From Candidatus Marinacidobacterales bacterium (GTDB taxonomy: Bacteria > Acidobacteriota > Vicinamibacteria > Marinacidobacterales > SMYC01), in NCBI GenBank assembly GCA_965237955.1, contig OZ250169.1, positions 2,144,001 to 2,208,000 on the forward strand: 64,000 nucleotides of DNA, written 5' to 3'. The translations under genes were made by a program, and so were the position numbers. The notes beneath the pieces were generated by a model. The model was not told where the DNA came from, made no database searches, and saw nothing but the letters and a program-made list of their open reading frames with translations. Below are positions 1-9,897 of this stretch, in pieces. Position 1 is the stretch's first letter. Each line of letters starts with the position of its first letter.

Positions 1-423
1 GACGTACGTGACCAGCGCGACGAGCGCGAGCGCGCCACAAAGGGATCCGGAAGTCGCGAAGAGAATGGCCACGCCTGCAATCGACGAGACACTCGCCACG
101 AACAGCGCTTCGGACACCTGGAGTCGCCCCGAGGGCAGGGGTCGCCGAGCGGTACGATCCATCCGGGCGTCCGAGTCGCGCTCCAGGATTTGGTTGAACG
201 CGTTGGCCCCGGCCACGACGAGAAACGTGCCTACCGCGAACCAGAGCAGGCGGCCGAGAATAAGCTCGCTCGACGCCACCCAGTACCCAACGAGCGCGGA
301 AAGGAGCACCATTGAGGAGAGGCGTGCTTTTGCGAGCTGCAGATAGTCGCGCACGCGATCGCGGACCGAAAACGACCACGGTTCCACTTCCGAAGCCGGG
401 TGCACACCTTCCCTGACGGACAT
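1..423 (-). CDS. ctaB: Protoheme IX farnesyltransferase (heme o synthase), 5' part, runs off window
   Basis: Manual translation from ATG at 423: ...DYLQLAKARLSSMVLLSA...GANAFNQILERDSDARMDRTARRPLPSGRL (UbiA/CtaB motif); follows cox subunit I. Confidence 0.92.
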   Translation of the reverse strand, partial: MSVREGVHPASEVEPWSFSVRDRVRDYLQLAKARLSSMVLLSALVGYWVASSELILGRLLWFAVGTFLVVAGANAFNQILERDSDARMDRTARRPLPSGRLQVSEALFVASVSSIAGVAILFATSGSLCGALALVALVTYV

Positions 424-438
424 TGATGGGTTACTCGG

Positions 439-2208
439 CTACTTCGCCCCTACTTTGGCTGGCGGTTGCCACTGCGGTGCGTGATCGCCCTTTTCATCGG
501 GGTTCTGGTAGTCGTAGGGCCAGCGATAGACTTCGGGAATCTCACCCGGCCAATTGCCGTGCCCGGGCTCGATAGGCGTCGACCACTCGAGCGTATTGGC
601 TTCCCACGGATTCTCGGACTCGACTTTCTTGCCCTTGAACAGGCTCCAGAAGTAATTGAAGAAGAAAATAAACTGCGCAGCGCCGAGAATGAACGCGCTG
701 ATGGTGATGAACGTGTTCACCGGTTGCAGCGGTTTCAGGTACTCGTAGGTGTTCGGGTCGTAGATGCGCCGCATCATGCCCGCTATGCCCAGATAGTGCA
801 TCGGGAAGAACACGCCGTAGTACGCAAGGAAGGTGAACCAGAAGTGAACCTTCGACAGCCCCTCGTTCATGTGGCGGCCGAACATCTTCGGAAACCAGTA
901 GTACACCGCGGCGAGGAGGCCGAAGAGCCCGGCACCCGCCATGATGAAGTGGAAGTGTGCGACGACGAACATGGTGTCATGCAGCTGGATATCGACGGCG
1001 TTGGTGCCCAGGAAGACGCCGGTGAGCCCACCGGTCACGAACAGCGACACGATCCCGAGAGCAAAGAGCATCGGCGTCGCGAACCGTATCTTCGCCCTCC
1101 ACAGAGTCGCCAGCCAGTTGAACACTTTGACCGCTGAGGGCACCGCGATCACGAGCGTCGTCATGGTGAACACTGTCCCGAGAAAAGGACTCATGCCCGA
1201 GACGAACATGTGATGGCCCCAAACGACGAAGCTCAGGCCCGCGATGGCCACGATCGCGTAGACCATGGAGTGGTAACCGAAGATAGGCCTTCGAGTGAAA
1301 GTGCTGATGATGTCGGAGGTAAAGCCGAGCGCGGGCAGCATGATGATGTAGACCTCGGGGTGTCCGAGGAACCAGAACAGGTGCTGCCAGAGCAGCGGCG
1401 AGCCACCTTCGTGGGGAAAGAGCTCGTCGCCGATGAAAATGCCGGCCGGAAGGAAAAAGCTGGTCCCGAGCGAGCGGTCGAAGACCAACAGGATGGCCCC
1501 GGCTGCGAGCGCGGGAAAGGCGAGAAGCCCGAGAATACCCACGGCGAACTGCGCCCACGTCGTCAGGGGCATCCTCATCATGTTGAGGCCCTTGGTCCTC
1601 AAGTTCAGGATGGTGACCACGAAGTTGAGGCCACCCATCGTGAACGACGCGATGAAGAACATCATACCGACCAGCCACAGCGTTTGGCCCAGGGCGGAGC
1701 CTGGAATCGACGAGCGAATCGCGGAAAGCGGCGGGTAGGCCGTCCAGCCCGAAGCCGCCGCACCGCCTTCTACAAAGAACGAGAGAATAATAATCATCGC
1801 TCCAGGAAGCGCCGTCCAGAACGAGAGCATGTTGAGAAACGGAAACGCCATGTCCCGGGCGCCGATCTGGAGAGGAATGAGAAAGTTCCCGAACCCGCTG
1901 ACGGGGCCGATCGACAGCACGAAAAAAACCATAATCGTGCCGTGCATCGTGAACAGCATGATGTAGAACTCGGGCGTCATCACGCCCGACGCCATACCGG
2001 CAGGGAACAACGTCTCCCAGAACTGCGCGTGCTGGCCCGGATAGCCGAGCTGCAAACGCACCAGCATCGCCAGAGCTCCACCAATGACCGCCATGAACAT
2101 GGTGAGGGTCAAGTACTGCTTGCCGATCATCTTGTGATCGAAGCTGAAAATGTACTTGCTTATGAAGCCCTGCTTGCCATGGCCGTGGTCGTCGTGACCT
2201 TCGCTCAT
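439..2208 (-). CDS. ctaD: Cytochrome c oxidase subunit I (heme-copper oxidase, A1-type)
   Basis: DHKMIG, TMHGTIM, WFLGHPEVYI, VWGHHMF, VVAHFHF, GMMRR motifs. Confidence 0.97.
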   Translation of the reverse strand: MSEGHDDHGHGKQGFISKYIFSFDHKMIGKQYLTLTMFMAVIGGALAMLVRLQLGYPGQHAQFWETLFPAGMASGVMTPEFYIMLFTMHGTIMVFFVLSIGPVSGFGNFLIPLQIGARDMAFPFLNMLSFWTALPGAMIIILSFFVEGGAAASGWTAYPPLSAIRSSIPGSALGQTLWLVGMMFFIASFTMGGLNFVVTILNLRTKGLNMMRMPLTTWAQFAVGILGLLAFPALAAGAILLVFDRSLGTSFFLPAGIFIGDELFPHEGGSPLLWQHLFWFLGHPEVYIIMLPALGFTSDIISTFTRRPIFGYHSMVYAIVAIAGLSFVVWGHHMFVSGMSPFLGTVFTMTTLVIAVPSAVKVFNWLATLWRAKIRFATPMLFALGIVSLFVTGGLTGVFLGTNAVDIQLHDTMFVVAHFHFIMAGAGLFGLLAAVYYWFPKMFGRHMNEGLSKVHFWFTFLAYYGVFFPMHYLGIAGMMRRIYDPNTYEYLKPLQPVNTFITISAFILGAAQFIFFFNYFWSLFKGKKVESENPWEANTLEWSTPIEPGHGNWPGEIPEVYRWPYDYQNPDEKGDHAPQWQPPAKVGAK

Positions 2209-2253
2209 GCCAGTTTTCTCCTCGCTGTATGAAGACTCAAAACAATGAATGCA

Positions 2254-3069
2254 CTATTGGTTGGCTTGTTCCGTCAGCCACGTCTGAAAGTCAGCTTCGC
2301 TTCGCACGCTCATAAAAGCCCGCATGCGGTAGTGGCCGAGGCCGCAAAGCTCCGCGCACGCGATCTCGTACTCACCGACCGTAATAGGCGTGAACCAAAC
2401 CGAGGTTTCAATCCCGGGCATCAGATCTTGCTTCACCCGATGGTTCGGAAGGAAAAAAGCGTGCTGGACGTCTTTCGAGCGTAGCAGGATCCGAACCGGC
2501 CGGTCGACGGGAATGACGAGCTGGTTGATCATGTGAATATCATCAGCGCCAGCGGGGTCATCCGGATCGATCCCCAAATAGTTTTCGAGCGAGTACAACT
2601 CCGGTTGCCACGCGCCGAACTCGCCGTCGAGTCCCGGGTAGCGAAAGTCCCACTGGAACTGGGCGCCAACCGCTTCGATGGTGAGCATCGCTTCTTCGGG
2701 CGGCGCCGCCTTGACGTCCTCCCAGACAACGAGCCCGGCGAATACGATGGGGATGAGGATCACCGCCGTGGCGATGGTCCACGCCATCTCCAGCTTGTGG
2801 CTCTCATGCCAATAGCTGCCTTCGGCATCGTCCCGGTGGCGGTACTTCCACAGGTAGAAGCCGAGAAGGCACTGAACGACGACGTACATCACCCCGGTCA
2901 ACGCCAGGATGATGTAGTAGAGCGTATCCTGCGCACCACGATCCGAGGCGAGCTCGGGAACTTGGTATTTGAAGAAGTAGGCGACCGATACGGCCACGAT
3001 GCCCCAAATGGATAGGGCCAACGCCATGCCGTGCTTGGCGTCGCGGTTTGCCTCGGTATTCTCAGCCAT
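2254..3069 (-). CDS. ctaC: Cytochrome c oxidase subunit II (CuA, no fused cytochrome c)
   Basis: QFQWDFRYP, SKDVQHAF, CAELCGLGHYRM CuA motif; no CxxCH. Confidence 0.95.
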   Translation of the reverse strand: MAENTEANRDAKHGMALALSIWGIVAVSVAYFFKYQVPELASDRGAQDTLYYIILALTGVMYVVVQCLLGFYLWKYRHRDDAEGSYWHESHKLEMAWTIATAVILIPIVFAGLVVWEDVKAAPPEEAMLTIEAVGAQFQWDFRYPGLDGEFGAWQPELYSLENYLGIDPDDPAGADDIHMINQLVIPVDRPVRILLRSKDVQHAFFLPNHRVKQDLMPGIETSVWFTPITVGEYEIACAELCGLGHYRMRAFMSVRSEADFQTWLTEQANQ

Positions 3070-3174
3070 GTGTGGTCCTCATCGAGCAACAGAAAAGCTG
3101 GCTTCCGCCTTGCCGCCGGCGGGGCCAGCTCGCCCTGTTAAGAAATGTCCAGAAATGTCCGAAACTTTCGTGAT

Positions 3175-6000
3175 CTACTCCGCGTAGCGCATGAGATAAG
3201 AAGCAACGGCCCGCAATTGTGCTTCAGCGTCGCCTTCCAAGATGTCGGGGAAATACACGGCGTGGTTCCCCTCGTCGTCGAAGGGCCATCCCTGGGGCAT
3301 GTTCGTGCCCGGAGTGATCGACTGCGGATCTTTCATCCAGTCGACAATCCAGTCCTCACGTAGTCGCTCACCGCTGAGCCGGAAGCTCGGCGCGAGCTGC
3401 GACGCTTCCATCGTCCCGGCGGCGCTTGCGAGGTGACACCTCTCGCACTGCTGCTTATCGAGAAGCTCGCTTCCGGCGCGAAGGGTTGTGGCGTCGGCGG
3501 GCCGTGCGGCCGCGGTCTTGAAGGGCTGCGTCCCTTCCATCGCCATGAATCCCTGCACCAAGGTATTCAACTGCGGGTCGGCGAAGTGGAAGGTCGGCAT
3601 ACGAACGTTGAGCCAGAACCGAACGTCACTCGGATCCTTGAGGAAGCTGAAGAGCCAATCGGCTTGCGTGCGAGCACCCTGGGTATTCAAATTCGGCGGT
3701 CGCATCCCGGGATCCCCGGTGTCGTCGTGCAACAGCTCGGTCTGGTAGATACCTCCGCCAAAACCGTCGACGATATGACAGCCGCGGCAGTTGTACTCGT
3801 GGATGAGCTTCCTCGCGTCTTCCGCGTACGCTTCGTGAGCGCTCAAGCGCTTCCGCGCTTCGATCGGAAGCTCTTCCCGCGTTTGGCCCAAAACCTGCGT
3901 GGCGATGGCCGTCACTTCGGCATCGGTGAACCCGAAGTAGCCCATGCGGAGCTTTTCGGGCGGGCTCTTGGCTTTGTCGCGGTCATAGCTGCGCGGGTTC
4001 CTGAGCTTGTTCTCGAGCCAAGCGTGGCGCGTGTGCGGGAGGTCGATATAGCCGAAATCGAGGCGGGTCACCATCTTCGAGCCCCACGTCGACAGATCGA
4101 CGCCGATCTTCTGCGCGTTCTCGAAGCCCTTGATGTCGTGACACCCGAAACAGCCATACCTCAAGATCAGACGCTCACCGCTGTAAAGCGTTTTGGCTTC
4201 GAGAGACATCGTGGCGAGCTGTGCTTCGGCCTGTGCCGCGGGAAGACCTGTCTTGAGAAACTCGATCGTGATCTCGTCGAGCGCCGCCTCGTCGACCTCA
4301 GGAACCGGGAGCGACTCGAACGCCTCGTTCCGAAGCGTCATCAAATACGCAGCGATGTCAGCCGCCTCCTGGTTCGTGAGCCGGAGGTCGGGCATGAAGG
4401 TGTCTTCCCAATAGTGTTTGGGATCCCTCACCCAGTTGTAGAGAAACTCGCGGTTGACCTTAGTCCCGACGCCGGCGAGGCTCGCGCCTCGGGTGCGGTA
4501 CCAATCGACCTGGTTGAGATTGCTCTCGTCGGTAACATGGCAGCCGAGACAACCGATACTGTCCACGAGCCCGCGACCTCGATCCACGTTCCCGCCGGGA
4601 ACGACGCCGTAGCTGAGCGGCGACGCTTTGTCGTAGACATAGGAGACGATCGCGGAAATCTCGGTCGCGTTGCGCGCGCCCATGTCTTCATCGAGGTTGT
4701 TCTCGAGATTCCAAAAGCGCGGCATGTAGGTCGACTGCTTGAAGCTCTTCGGGTCGCGGAGCCAGCGTCTCGCCCATTCGGGAGTGGTCTTGGCAACGAT
4801 GTGCTCGAGGTTCGGCCCTACGTTGCGGCTGTCCTCGAAGCCCGTGGTGTTGTGACAGCCCCAACAGCCTGCCGCTTCATAGAGCTGACGGCCGCGGTTG
4901 AACTCTTCGGCTCCCGGCAGAAGAACCTGGTCGGCGTGGCACTTCTGGCACCCGGCTTGAGCCATACCGTTCGGGTACATCGGTTTGTCCCAGTGGTAAT
5001 CTTCTTTCCAGCCGTACTTCTCGACCCACTCGTGCTCTTGCTCTTCGTTTTGCGGCGTGTGGTTGACGCCCACGAAGTTGATCGCGCGGCCGCGCCCTTC
5101 ATGGCAAGACGTACAGCCGAGGCTGTCGCGGGGATGGGCCGACTCCGCGCCGACAGACAAGTCCACGTCGGGATGCGTGCGGAACGGCTGCTCCGCGTCG
5201 GCGTAGTCAGGGTTGTCGATCCCGAGATGACACGTCTTGCAGCGATCGATGCGCGGAACCTTGGCGAAGTTCAACTCCTCGGTGACGTTCCGCACCAGCA
5301 CTTGATGCACTTCGATGCTCGGGTCGATGAAGTCGACCATGGGAAGATTCCGGAACGTGTTCGGCACGTTCTGGGCGATCGCCGCGGCTTTGCGCCGCAG
5401 CAGCGTCGCCGTCTGCACCAGAGCATCGCGCTCTCCGTTGAGCTCGGTAACGCGTGCCTGAGAGTCGCGAATAGCCTGTTGGGTGGTGTCCCGCTCGTAC
5501 TCGATAGCAATGCGAGCGTCGCGAGCGCCAAGGAACTCGGCCGCGCGCGCGTCGAAAGCCTCCTGGCTCATGCGCTTTCCGATCGGCACGGATCTACCGG
5601 CCACGCCCTCGTCATAGAAGAACTTCTCGGAGTCGTAGATAGCCTTGAGCCTGCGCTCTTCGATGTCAGCGAGCGTCCAATCGTCGTTCAGCCTCCCGAG
5701 CGTCGCCTCGAGCTCGCTGATCTCGGCCTGCTTTGCGTCGAGCTCTTCGCCAGCGGCTTGGAGTTCAGTCTCGAGCCGCTGAAGCTCGCGTTGATTCACG
5801 GCAGCGTCGGCTTTTTGAATCTGCTCGGCCGTCAGGTCCCGCTCCATCTGGAAGAACTGGCGCTGGTACTGCTTCCACTCGCGAGAATAGTCGTCCCAGA
5901 CCATCCAAATGGTCGTCACGAACAAGGCGATGGAGGAAATTCCAAAAACTACGTTGAGGCCGCTGATGTCGTACGCGTGTCCAGGAGCCGGTTTCGCCAC
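3175..6000 (-). CDS. Membrane-anchored octaheme c-type cytochrome with coiled-coil stalk
   Basis: N-terminal TM helix, long coiled-coil, eight CxxCH motifs (CKTCH, CTSCH, CQKCH, CWGCH, CLGCH, CFGCH, CRGCH, CERCH). Confidence 0.9.
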   Translation of the reverse strand: MAKPAPGHAYDISGLNVVFGISSIALFVTTIWMVWDDYSREWKQYQRQFFQMERDLTAEQIQKADAAVNQRELQRLETELQAAGEELDAKQAEISELEATLGRLNDDWTLADIEERRLKAIYDSEKFFYDEGVAGRSVPIGKRMSQEAFDARAAEFLGARDARIAIEYERDTTQQAIRDSQARVTELNGERDALVQTATLLRRKAAAIAQNVPNTFRNLPMVDFIDPSIEVHQVLVRNVTEELNFAKVPRIDRCKTCHLGIDNPDYADAEQPFRTHPDVDLSVGAESAHPRDSLGCTSCHEGRGRAINFVGVNHTPQNEEQEHEWVEKYGWKEDYHWDKPMYPNGMAQAGCQKCHADQVLLPGAEEFNRGRQLYEAAGCWGCHNTTGFEDSRNVGPNLEHIVAKTTPEWARRWLRDPKSFKQSTYMPRFWNLENNLDEDMGARNATEISAIVSYVYDKASPLSYGVVPGGNVDRGRGLVDSIGCLGCHVTDESNLNQVDWYRTRGASLAGVGTKVNREFLYNWVRDPKHYWEDTFMPDLRLTNQEAADIAAYLMTLRNEAFESLPVPEVDEAALDEITIEFLKTGLPAAQAEAQLATMSLEAKTLYSGERLILRYGCFGCHDIKGFENAQKIGVDLSTWGSKMVTRLDFGYIDLPHTRHAWLENKLRNPRSYDRDKAKSPPEKLRMGYFGFTDAEVTAIATQVLGQTREELPIEARKRLSAHEAYAEDARKLIHEYNCRGCHIVDGFGGGIYQTELLHDDTGDPGMRPPNLNTQGARTQADWLFSFLKDPSDVRFWLNVRMPTFHFADPQLNTLVQGFMAMEGTQPFKTAAARPADATTLRAGSELLDKQQCERCHLASAAGTMEASQLAPSFRLSGERLREDWIVDWMKDPQSITPGTNMPQGWPFDDEGNHAVYFPDILEGDAEAQLRAVASYLMRYAE

Positions 6001-6033
6001 GGTTCACTCCACCTCGTATCTGGTCTCTCTAAA

Positions 6034-7140
6034 CTAGATATTGAAGAAGATCTCGGGGAACGTCACGATGTACTTCAAGTTGAACGCCCACCGCAGGTAC
6101 ATCTTGATCGGAAGGCTCAGCATGAGCAGGAACAACATGACGCCCACGTAGTAGCGGGCGGGCCCCATCTTCTCGTAGTAGCCATGAAGGCTTGCCCATT
6201 GAAGGAATTTTGGAAACTTCTCCTTGGGTCTCGCCAACAGGACCGGGAGTGCCCCAATATAGAAGAGAACGAGAAAGACGCCGAGAAACTCCCGAACGAA
6301 CGGGTTGGACGGATGGGGCCTCCCCAACCAACGCACCCACAGGAAATCGGAGACGTGAACGTTCAAAAGGGGCTCGACTCGATGCTGGTCCCAATACTCG
6401 TACGGTCCGAAGAAATTCCAGTTCGGTCCACGCAGAAACGTTCCCGATATGACGAGGAGCACCCACAGGATCAAGAAGCCGTAGAGAAAGATCGCGATCT
6501 CGGCCTTGCGCTCTTTCAACGTGAAGTAGCCGTTTCCCTTCGGGTTTGTGTCGATGTACGGGATCGCCATGAGCCCCACGACGATGAGCGTCGGGAACAC
6601 GACGCCTGCGAGCCAGGGGTCGAAGTACACGAGCATTTCCTGGAGGCCGAGGAAGTACCACGGCGCTTTCGACGGATTGGGCGAGTCCGCGGGGTTGGCC
6701 GGCTGCTCAATGGGCGCCGGGAGCAGGATGGACCACACCATGAGCACGATACCGAGAATGACCATGCATAGCATCTCGACATAGACGAGATCGGGCCACA
6801 CCCAGACTTTGTCTTTCTCCTGCTTTTCGAGAACCTCTTCGCCGACGGAAACACGTTTGTCGTTCTCGACGCCCTGGTACAGGGAGTACCACGTGAAAAA
6901 CGCGACCAGGAACAAAACGAACGTGATGGGCACATTGTCCGGCTTCGCCACGATGAGGAAGAAGTTCGGGTCGAACATGCTGAGAAAGTAGAAGGCCGCC
7001 ATCAGCGTGAACAGGACGTACGCGACCTTCTTCGACCACACCTGGGTGTATTTCAACGACAGGAAGAAGGCGAGAGTGGCCAGCGTGAAGAGAACCGTCG
7101 GCCCCGAAGCCCAATTGACTAGATTCTTGAAAACATCCAT
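6034..7140 (-). CDS. Cytochrome b C-terminal subunit (subunit IV/PetD-like) with extra TM helices
   Basis: VWPDL...PAPIEQPANP...NPSKAPWYFLGLQE (PEWY-loop equivalent); directly downstream of the cytochrome b N-terminal gene. Confidence 0.85.
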   Translation of the reverse strand: MDVFKNLVNWASGPTVLFTLATLAFFLSLKYTQVWSKKVAYVLFTLMAAFYFLSMFDPNFFLIVAKPDNVPITFVLFLVAFFTWYSLYQGVENDKRVSVGEEVLEKQEKDKVWVWPDLVYVEMLCMVILGIVLMVWSILLPAPIEQPANPADSPNPSKAPWYFLGLQEMLVYFDPWLAGVVFPTLIVVGLMAIPYIDTNPKGNGYFTLKERKAEIAIFLYGFLILWVLLVISGTFLRGPNWNFFGPYEYWDQHRVEPLLNVHVSDFLWVRWLGRPHPSNPFVREFLGVFLVLFYIGALPVLLARPKEKFPKFLQWASLHGYYEKMGPARYYVGVMLFLLMLSLPIKMYLRWAFNLKYIVTFPEIFFNI

Positions 7141-7155
7141 AGCGCTCAGCCCTGA

Positions 7156-7953
7156 TCACATCGGACCGGAGATACCGCCATCCTTGCGGATTCTCCAGAA
7201 GTGAACCGTCATGAGGAATGCTGCAGCTAGAGGCAGCCCCACGCAGTGCAATACGTAGAAGCGCAACAGCGTGTTCTCACCGACCGAGCGCGCTCCCAAA
7301 AGCGCGAACCGGGCGTCGTTGCCCGAGTTGATGAGGTTGATGTCGCCAAGTTTCAAGGCCGCGGTTAGCGGCCCCTCCGTTCCTAGAAGCGGTGTCGCCC
7401 GCGCCATGTTGGATCCGACGGTAATGGCCCAGATCGCCAGCTGGTCCCAGGGAAGAAGATAGCCGGTGAACGAGAGCAAGAGAGTGAGCACGAGAAGAAT
7501 GACTCCCACGCCCCAGTTGAACTCGCGGGGTGGCTTGTACGATCCGGTCATGAACACGCGGAACATGTGCAGCCACACGGTGATCACCATCGCATGCGCG
7601 CCCCACCGATGGAGCTCGCGCATCACGCCGAGAGGAACGTGCTCGCCGAGATCGATGATGTCGGCGTAGGCGTATTCCACCGTCGGCCGGTAGTAGAACA
7701 TCAACAACAGCCCGGTGAACGTGAGCACGAGAAACAGAAAGAAGGTGATGCCGCCCATGCACCAGGTGTAGCGAAGCTTGATACCAGCCTTGCGCGACTT
7801 CACCGGGTGTAAATGGAGGAACACGTTCGACATCATCACCAGCACGCGGTTGCGGTTGCTGGTGACGGCACCGTGCCGGAAGACGGACTTCCAGATCTGA
7901 GACTCCGTCGTCTCATCCCACGCACTGCTCAATGCGTTCAGAACCTTCTGCAC
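7156..7953 (-). CDS. petB: Cytochrome b/b6 N-terminal subunit of Rieske/cytochrome b complex
   Basis: [44 protein letters not shown]...VHF. Confidence 0.92.
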   Translation of the reverse strand: MQKVLNALSSAWDETTESQIWKSVFRHGAVTSNRNRVLVMMSNVFLHLHPVKSRKAGIKLRYTWCMGGITFFLFLVLTFTGLLLMFYYRPTVEYAYADIIDLGEHVPLGVMRELHRWGAHAMVITVWLHMFRVFMTGSYKPPREFNWGVGVILLVLTLLLSFTGYLLPWDQLAIWAITVGSNMARATPLLGTEGPLTAALKLGDINLINSGNDARFALLGARSVGENTLLRFYVLHCVGLPLAAAFLMTVHFWRIRKDGGISGPM

Positions 7954-7994
7954 CGATTCGACTCCTCGTTAACGAAGTGGGGCTTTCTGGAAAT

Positions 7995-8552
7995 TTACCC
8001 GAGCCCCAGGAAGGACTCGGGATCGCTCCACTGCCCCGCCTCTTGTTTGTAGATGCGGCTCTTGTCGATGAGCACCTGCCCGTCTTCGGCGAGCACGATG
8101 CGGTGCCGCTCCAGAGGACGAGGCGCCGGCCCCTCGAAGTTGATACCCGACATGTAGAAACCGCTACCGTGACAGGGGCACTTGAACTTGTTCTCCGCGT
8201 CGAGCCAGTTCGGAGTGCACCCCAAGTGGGTGCAAATCGTCGACAGCGCGTACATGCCTTCTTCGTTTCTTACGATCCACACGCGGTACCCTTCCTTGAA
8301 GCGCGTGTCCACGACACCGATAGCGAAGTCGGTGGGGAAACCGGCCTTGAAGCTGGACGGGGGCTCGGTGAGCACGTTCGGAAACATGAACCGGCCCGTC
8401 GCGGTGAGTCCCGCGCCTGCCGCGGCCGCGAAGAAAGTCCATCCGAGAGCGAGCCAATTGAACCCGCGCCTCGTGACTTCTTTCTTCTTGACTGCCTTTT
8501 TGGCAGCGGGTTTTTCGCCCTCTTCGGTACTTTTTTTCTCTTCTTCAGCCAT
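7995..8552 (-). CDS. petC: Rieske iron-sulfur subunit
   Basis: Tat-like TRRGF plus TM helix; CTHLGC, CPCHGS, GPAPRPL. Confidence 0.93.
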   Translation of the reverse strand: MAEEEKKSTEEGEKPAAKKAVKKKEVTRRGFNWLALGWTFFAAAAGAGLTATGRFMFPNVLTEPPSSFKAGFPTDFAIGVVDTRFKEGYRVWIVRNEEGMYALSTICTHLGCTPNWLDAENKFKCPCHGSGFYMSGINFEGPAPRPLERHRIVLAEDGQVLIDKSRIYKQEAGQWSDPESFLGLG

Positions 8553-8748
8553 ACGTCTACCTTGGTTCGAGCGTGTCTTCGGGATTTCCCGGGGGATTTC
8601 CTTGCGTCGAACGGTCTTTGGCTGCCCACGTCAGGGGCTCGTACGAGAACCACCTGCATCTAAACGATCTATTGTATTCGCCGTCACCGAAAGGTGTCAA
8701 GACTCGAACGAAGCGCCGGCATCGGCAAACGATTGAAAATCAACGATT

Positions 8749-9657
8749 TTAGGGAACAGACATTTTCTCCGATTTTTGTGAATCCTCGAGTGCCGATAGC
8801 GCCGCCTCCCGAATCACGAGGTTGGGATGCCCGTCCGCAATGCTCCGAAGCTTCACCGTCAGCGTCTCGCTTCGAAGGAGTGCCGATGCCTTGATGGCGC
8901 TTTCCGTGGCAAGAGCCCTCTGGCGCTCGTCCATTTCGGCAACACATTGCAGAAACTCATGGTCGAGCATCTGGAGAAGCTGCCTCTCGCCCGACCCATC
9001 GTCCAACTGAGCCAGCGCCACCGCCGCGTTCCACGAAACGTCGCGCACGGGATCGGACAGGGCAATCTGAAGGCGAGGGATTGCGCTTTCGTCACCAATG
9101 GCCCCGAGCGCGTAGATGGCGATTTTCCGGACCCCGGGGTCATCATCGCCGACGCGCTCGAGGAGTCCGGGCACCGCACGACGGTCGCCGATGTTACCGA
9201 GCGCCCAACCGGCATAGAGTCGCGTCGTCGGGTCACCATCACCGAGAGCTTTGACCAGAGTGGGCGTGGCCGTGTCGTCGCCCAGATGACCGAGAGAAAG
9301 GGCCAGGTAGTGTCGCACTCGTTCGTCGTCGGCGTCGTCAGCGGCTTGCTCGAACGCGGCGACCATCTCGGGAACGAGCCCTTCCATCCTCGCCTTTTCA
9401 GACTCCATGGTAATGATCTTCGACAACTCGAAAGCTGCCTGCCAGCGCCGGCTCTCGCTTCCGGCCCGGATCTCGTTCAAGTAGTCGACGCCCGTCTTGT
9501 CGTCCGACACGAGCCAGCCAAAGAAGAAGACGAGGCCCACGCACACCACCACCACGAACGCCGGGATCAGGAAAAACTGGAGGACGGTGCGGCCAAAATC
9601 GAGATCGTCGTCGAGCTCAGGCGGTGCGGGATTCTCGGGTGATTTCTCGTCCATCAT
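8749..9657 (-). CDS. Membrane-anchored HEAT-repeat (PBS lyase-like) protein
   Basis: TM helix then repeats such as VRHYLALSLGHLGD, RLYAGWALGNIGD, VRKIAIYALGAIGD. Confidence 0.85.
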   Translation of the reverse strand: MMDEKSPENPAPPELDDDLDFGRTVLQFFLIPAFVVVVCVGLVFFFGWLVSDDKTGVDYLNEIRAGSESRRWQAAFELSKIITMESEKARMEGLVPEMVAAFEQAADDADDERVRHYLALSLGHLGDDTATPTLVKALGDGDPTTRLYAGWALGNIGDRRAVPGLLERVGDDDPGVRKIAIYALGAIGDESAIPRLQIALSDPVRDVSWNAAVALAQLDDGSGERQLLQMLDHEFLQCVAEMDERQRALATESAIKASALLRSETLTVKLRSIADGHPNLVIREAALSALEDSQKSEKMSVP

Positions 9658-9711
9658 TATTATAGGCGGGGAATCATATCATCGGTCTATGGGCGTTCTG
9701 TAGAGGCGCCG

Positions 9712-9888
9712 TGGACGTTCTCTCGAGGCGCCATCGGCCATCAGCCATCGGCCATCGGCCATCAGCAGGTCGAGTTGTAATCGCCTTAGGGCGGCACGCT
9801 CCGATCGCAACACCGCGCGCCGTCCGTGGTGAAAGCAACTCGAACCTGCTGACGGCCGACGGCTGATGGCGCCTCGAGAGAGCGTCCA
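9712..9888. repeat. Intergenic imperfect inverted repeat with GCCATCG heptamer arrays in the arms
   Basis: Left arm TGGACGTTCTCTCGAGGC-(GCCATCR)x5-GCAGGTCGAGTTG; right arm is its reverse complement with 3 heptamers. Confidence 0.85.
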
Positions 9889-9897
9889 TGGCTGCAA

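Noticed and set aside
3433-6771. 1112-aa plus-strand ORF and other long antisense ORFs (e.g. 9982-11661, 20732-21862)
   Set aside because: Shadows of well-supported genes on the opposite strand in high-GC DNA; no motifs
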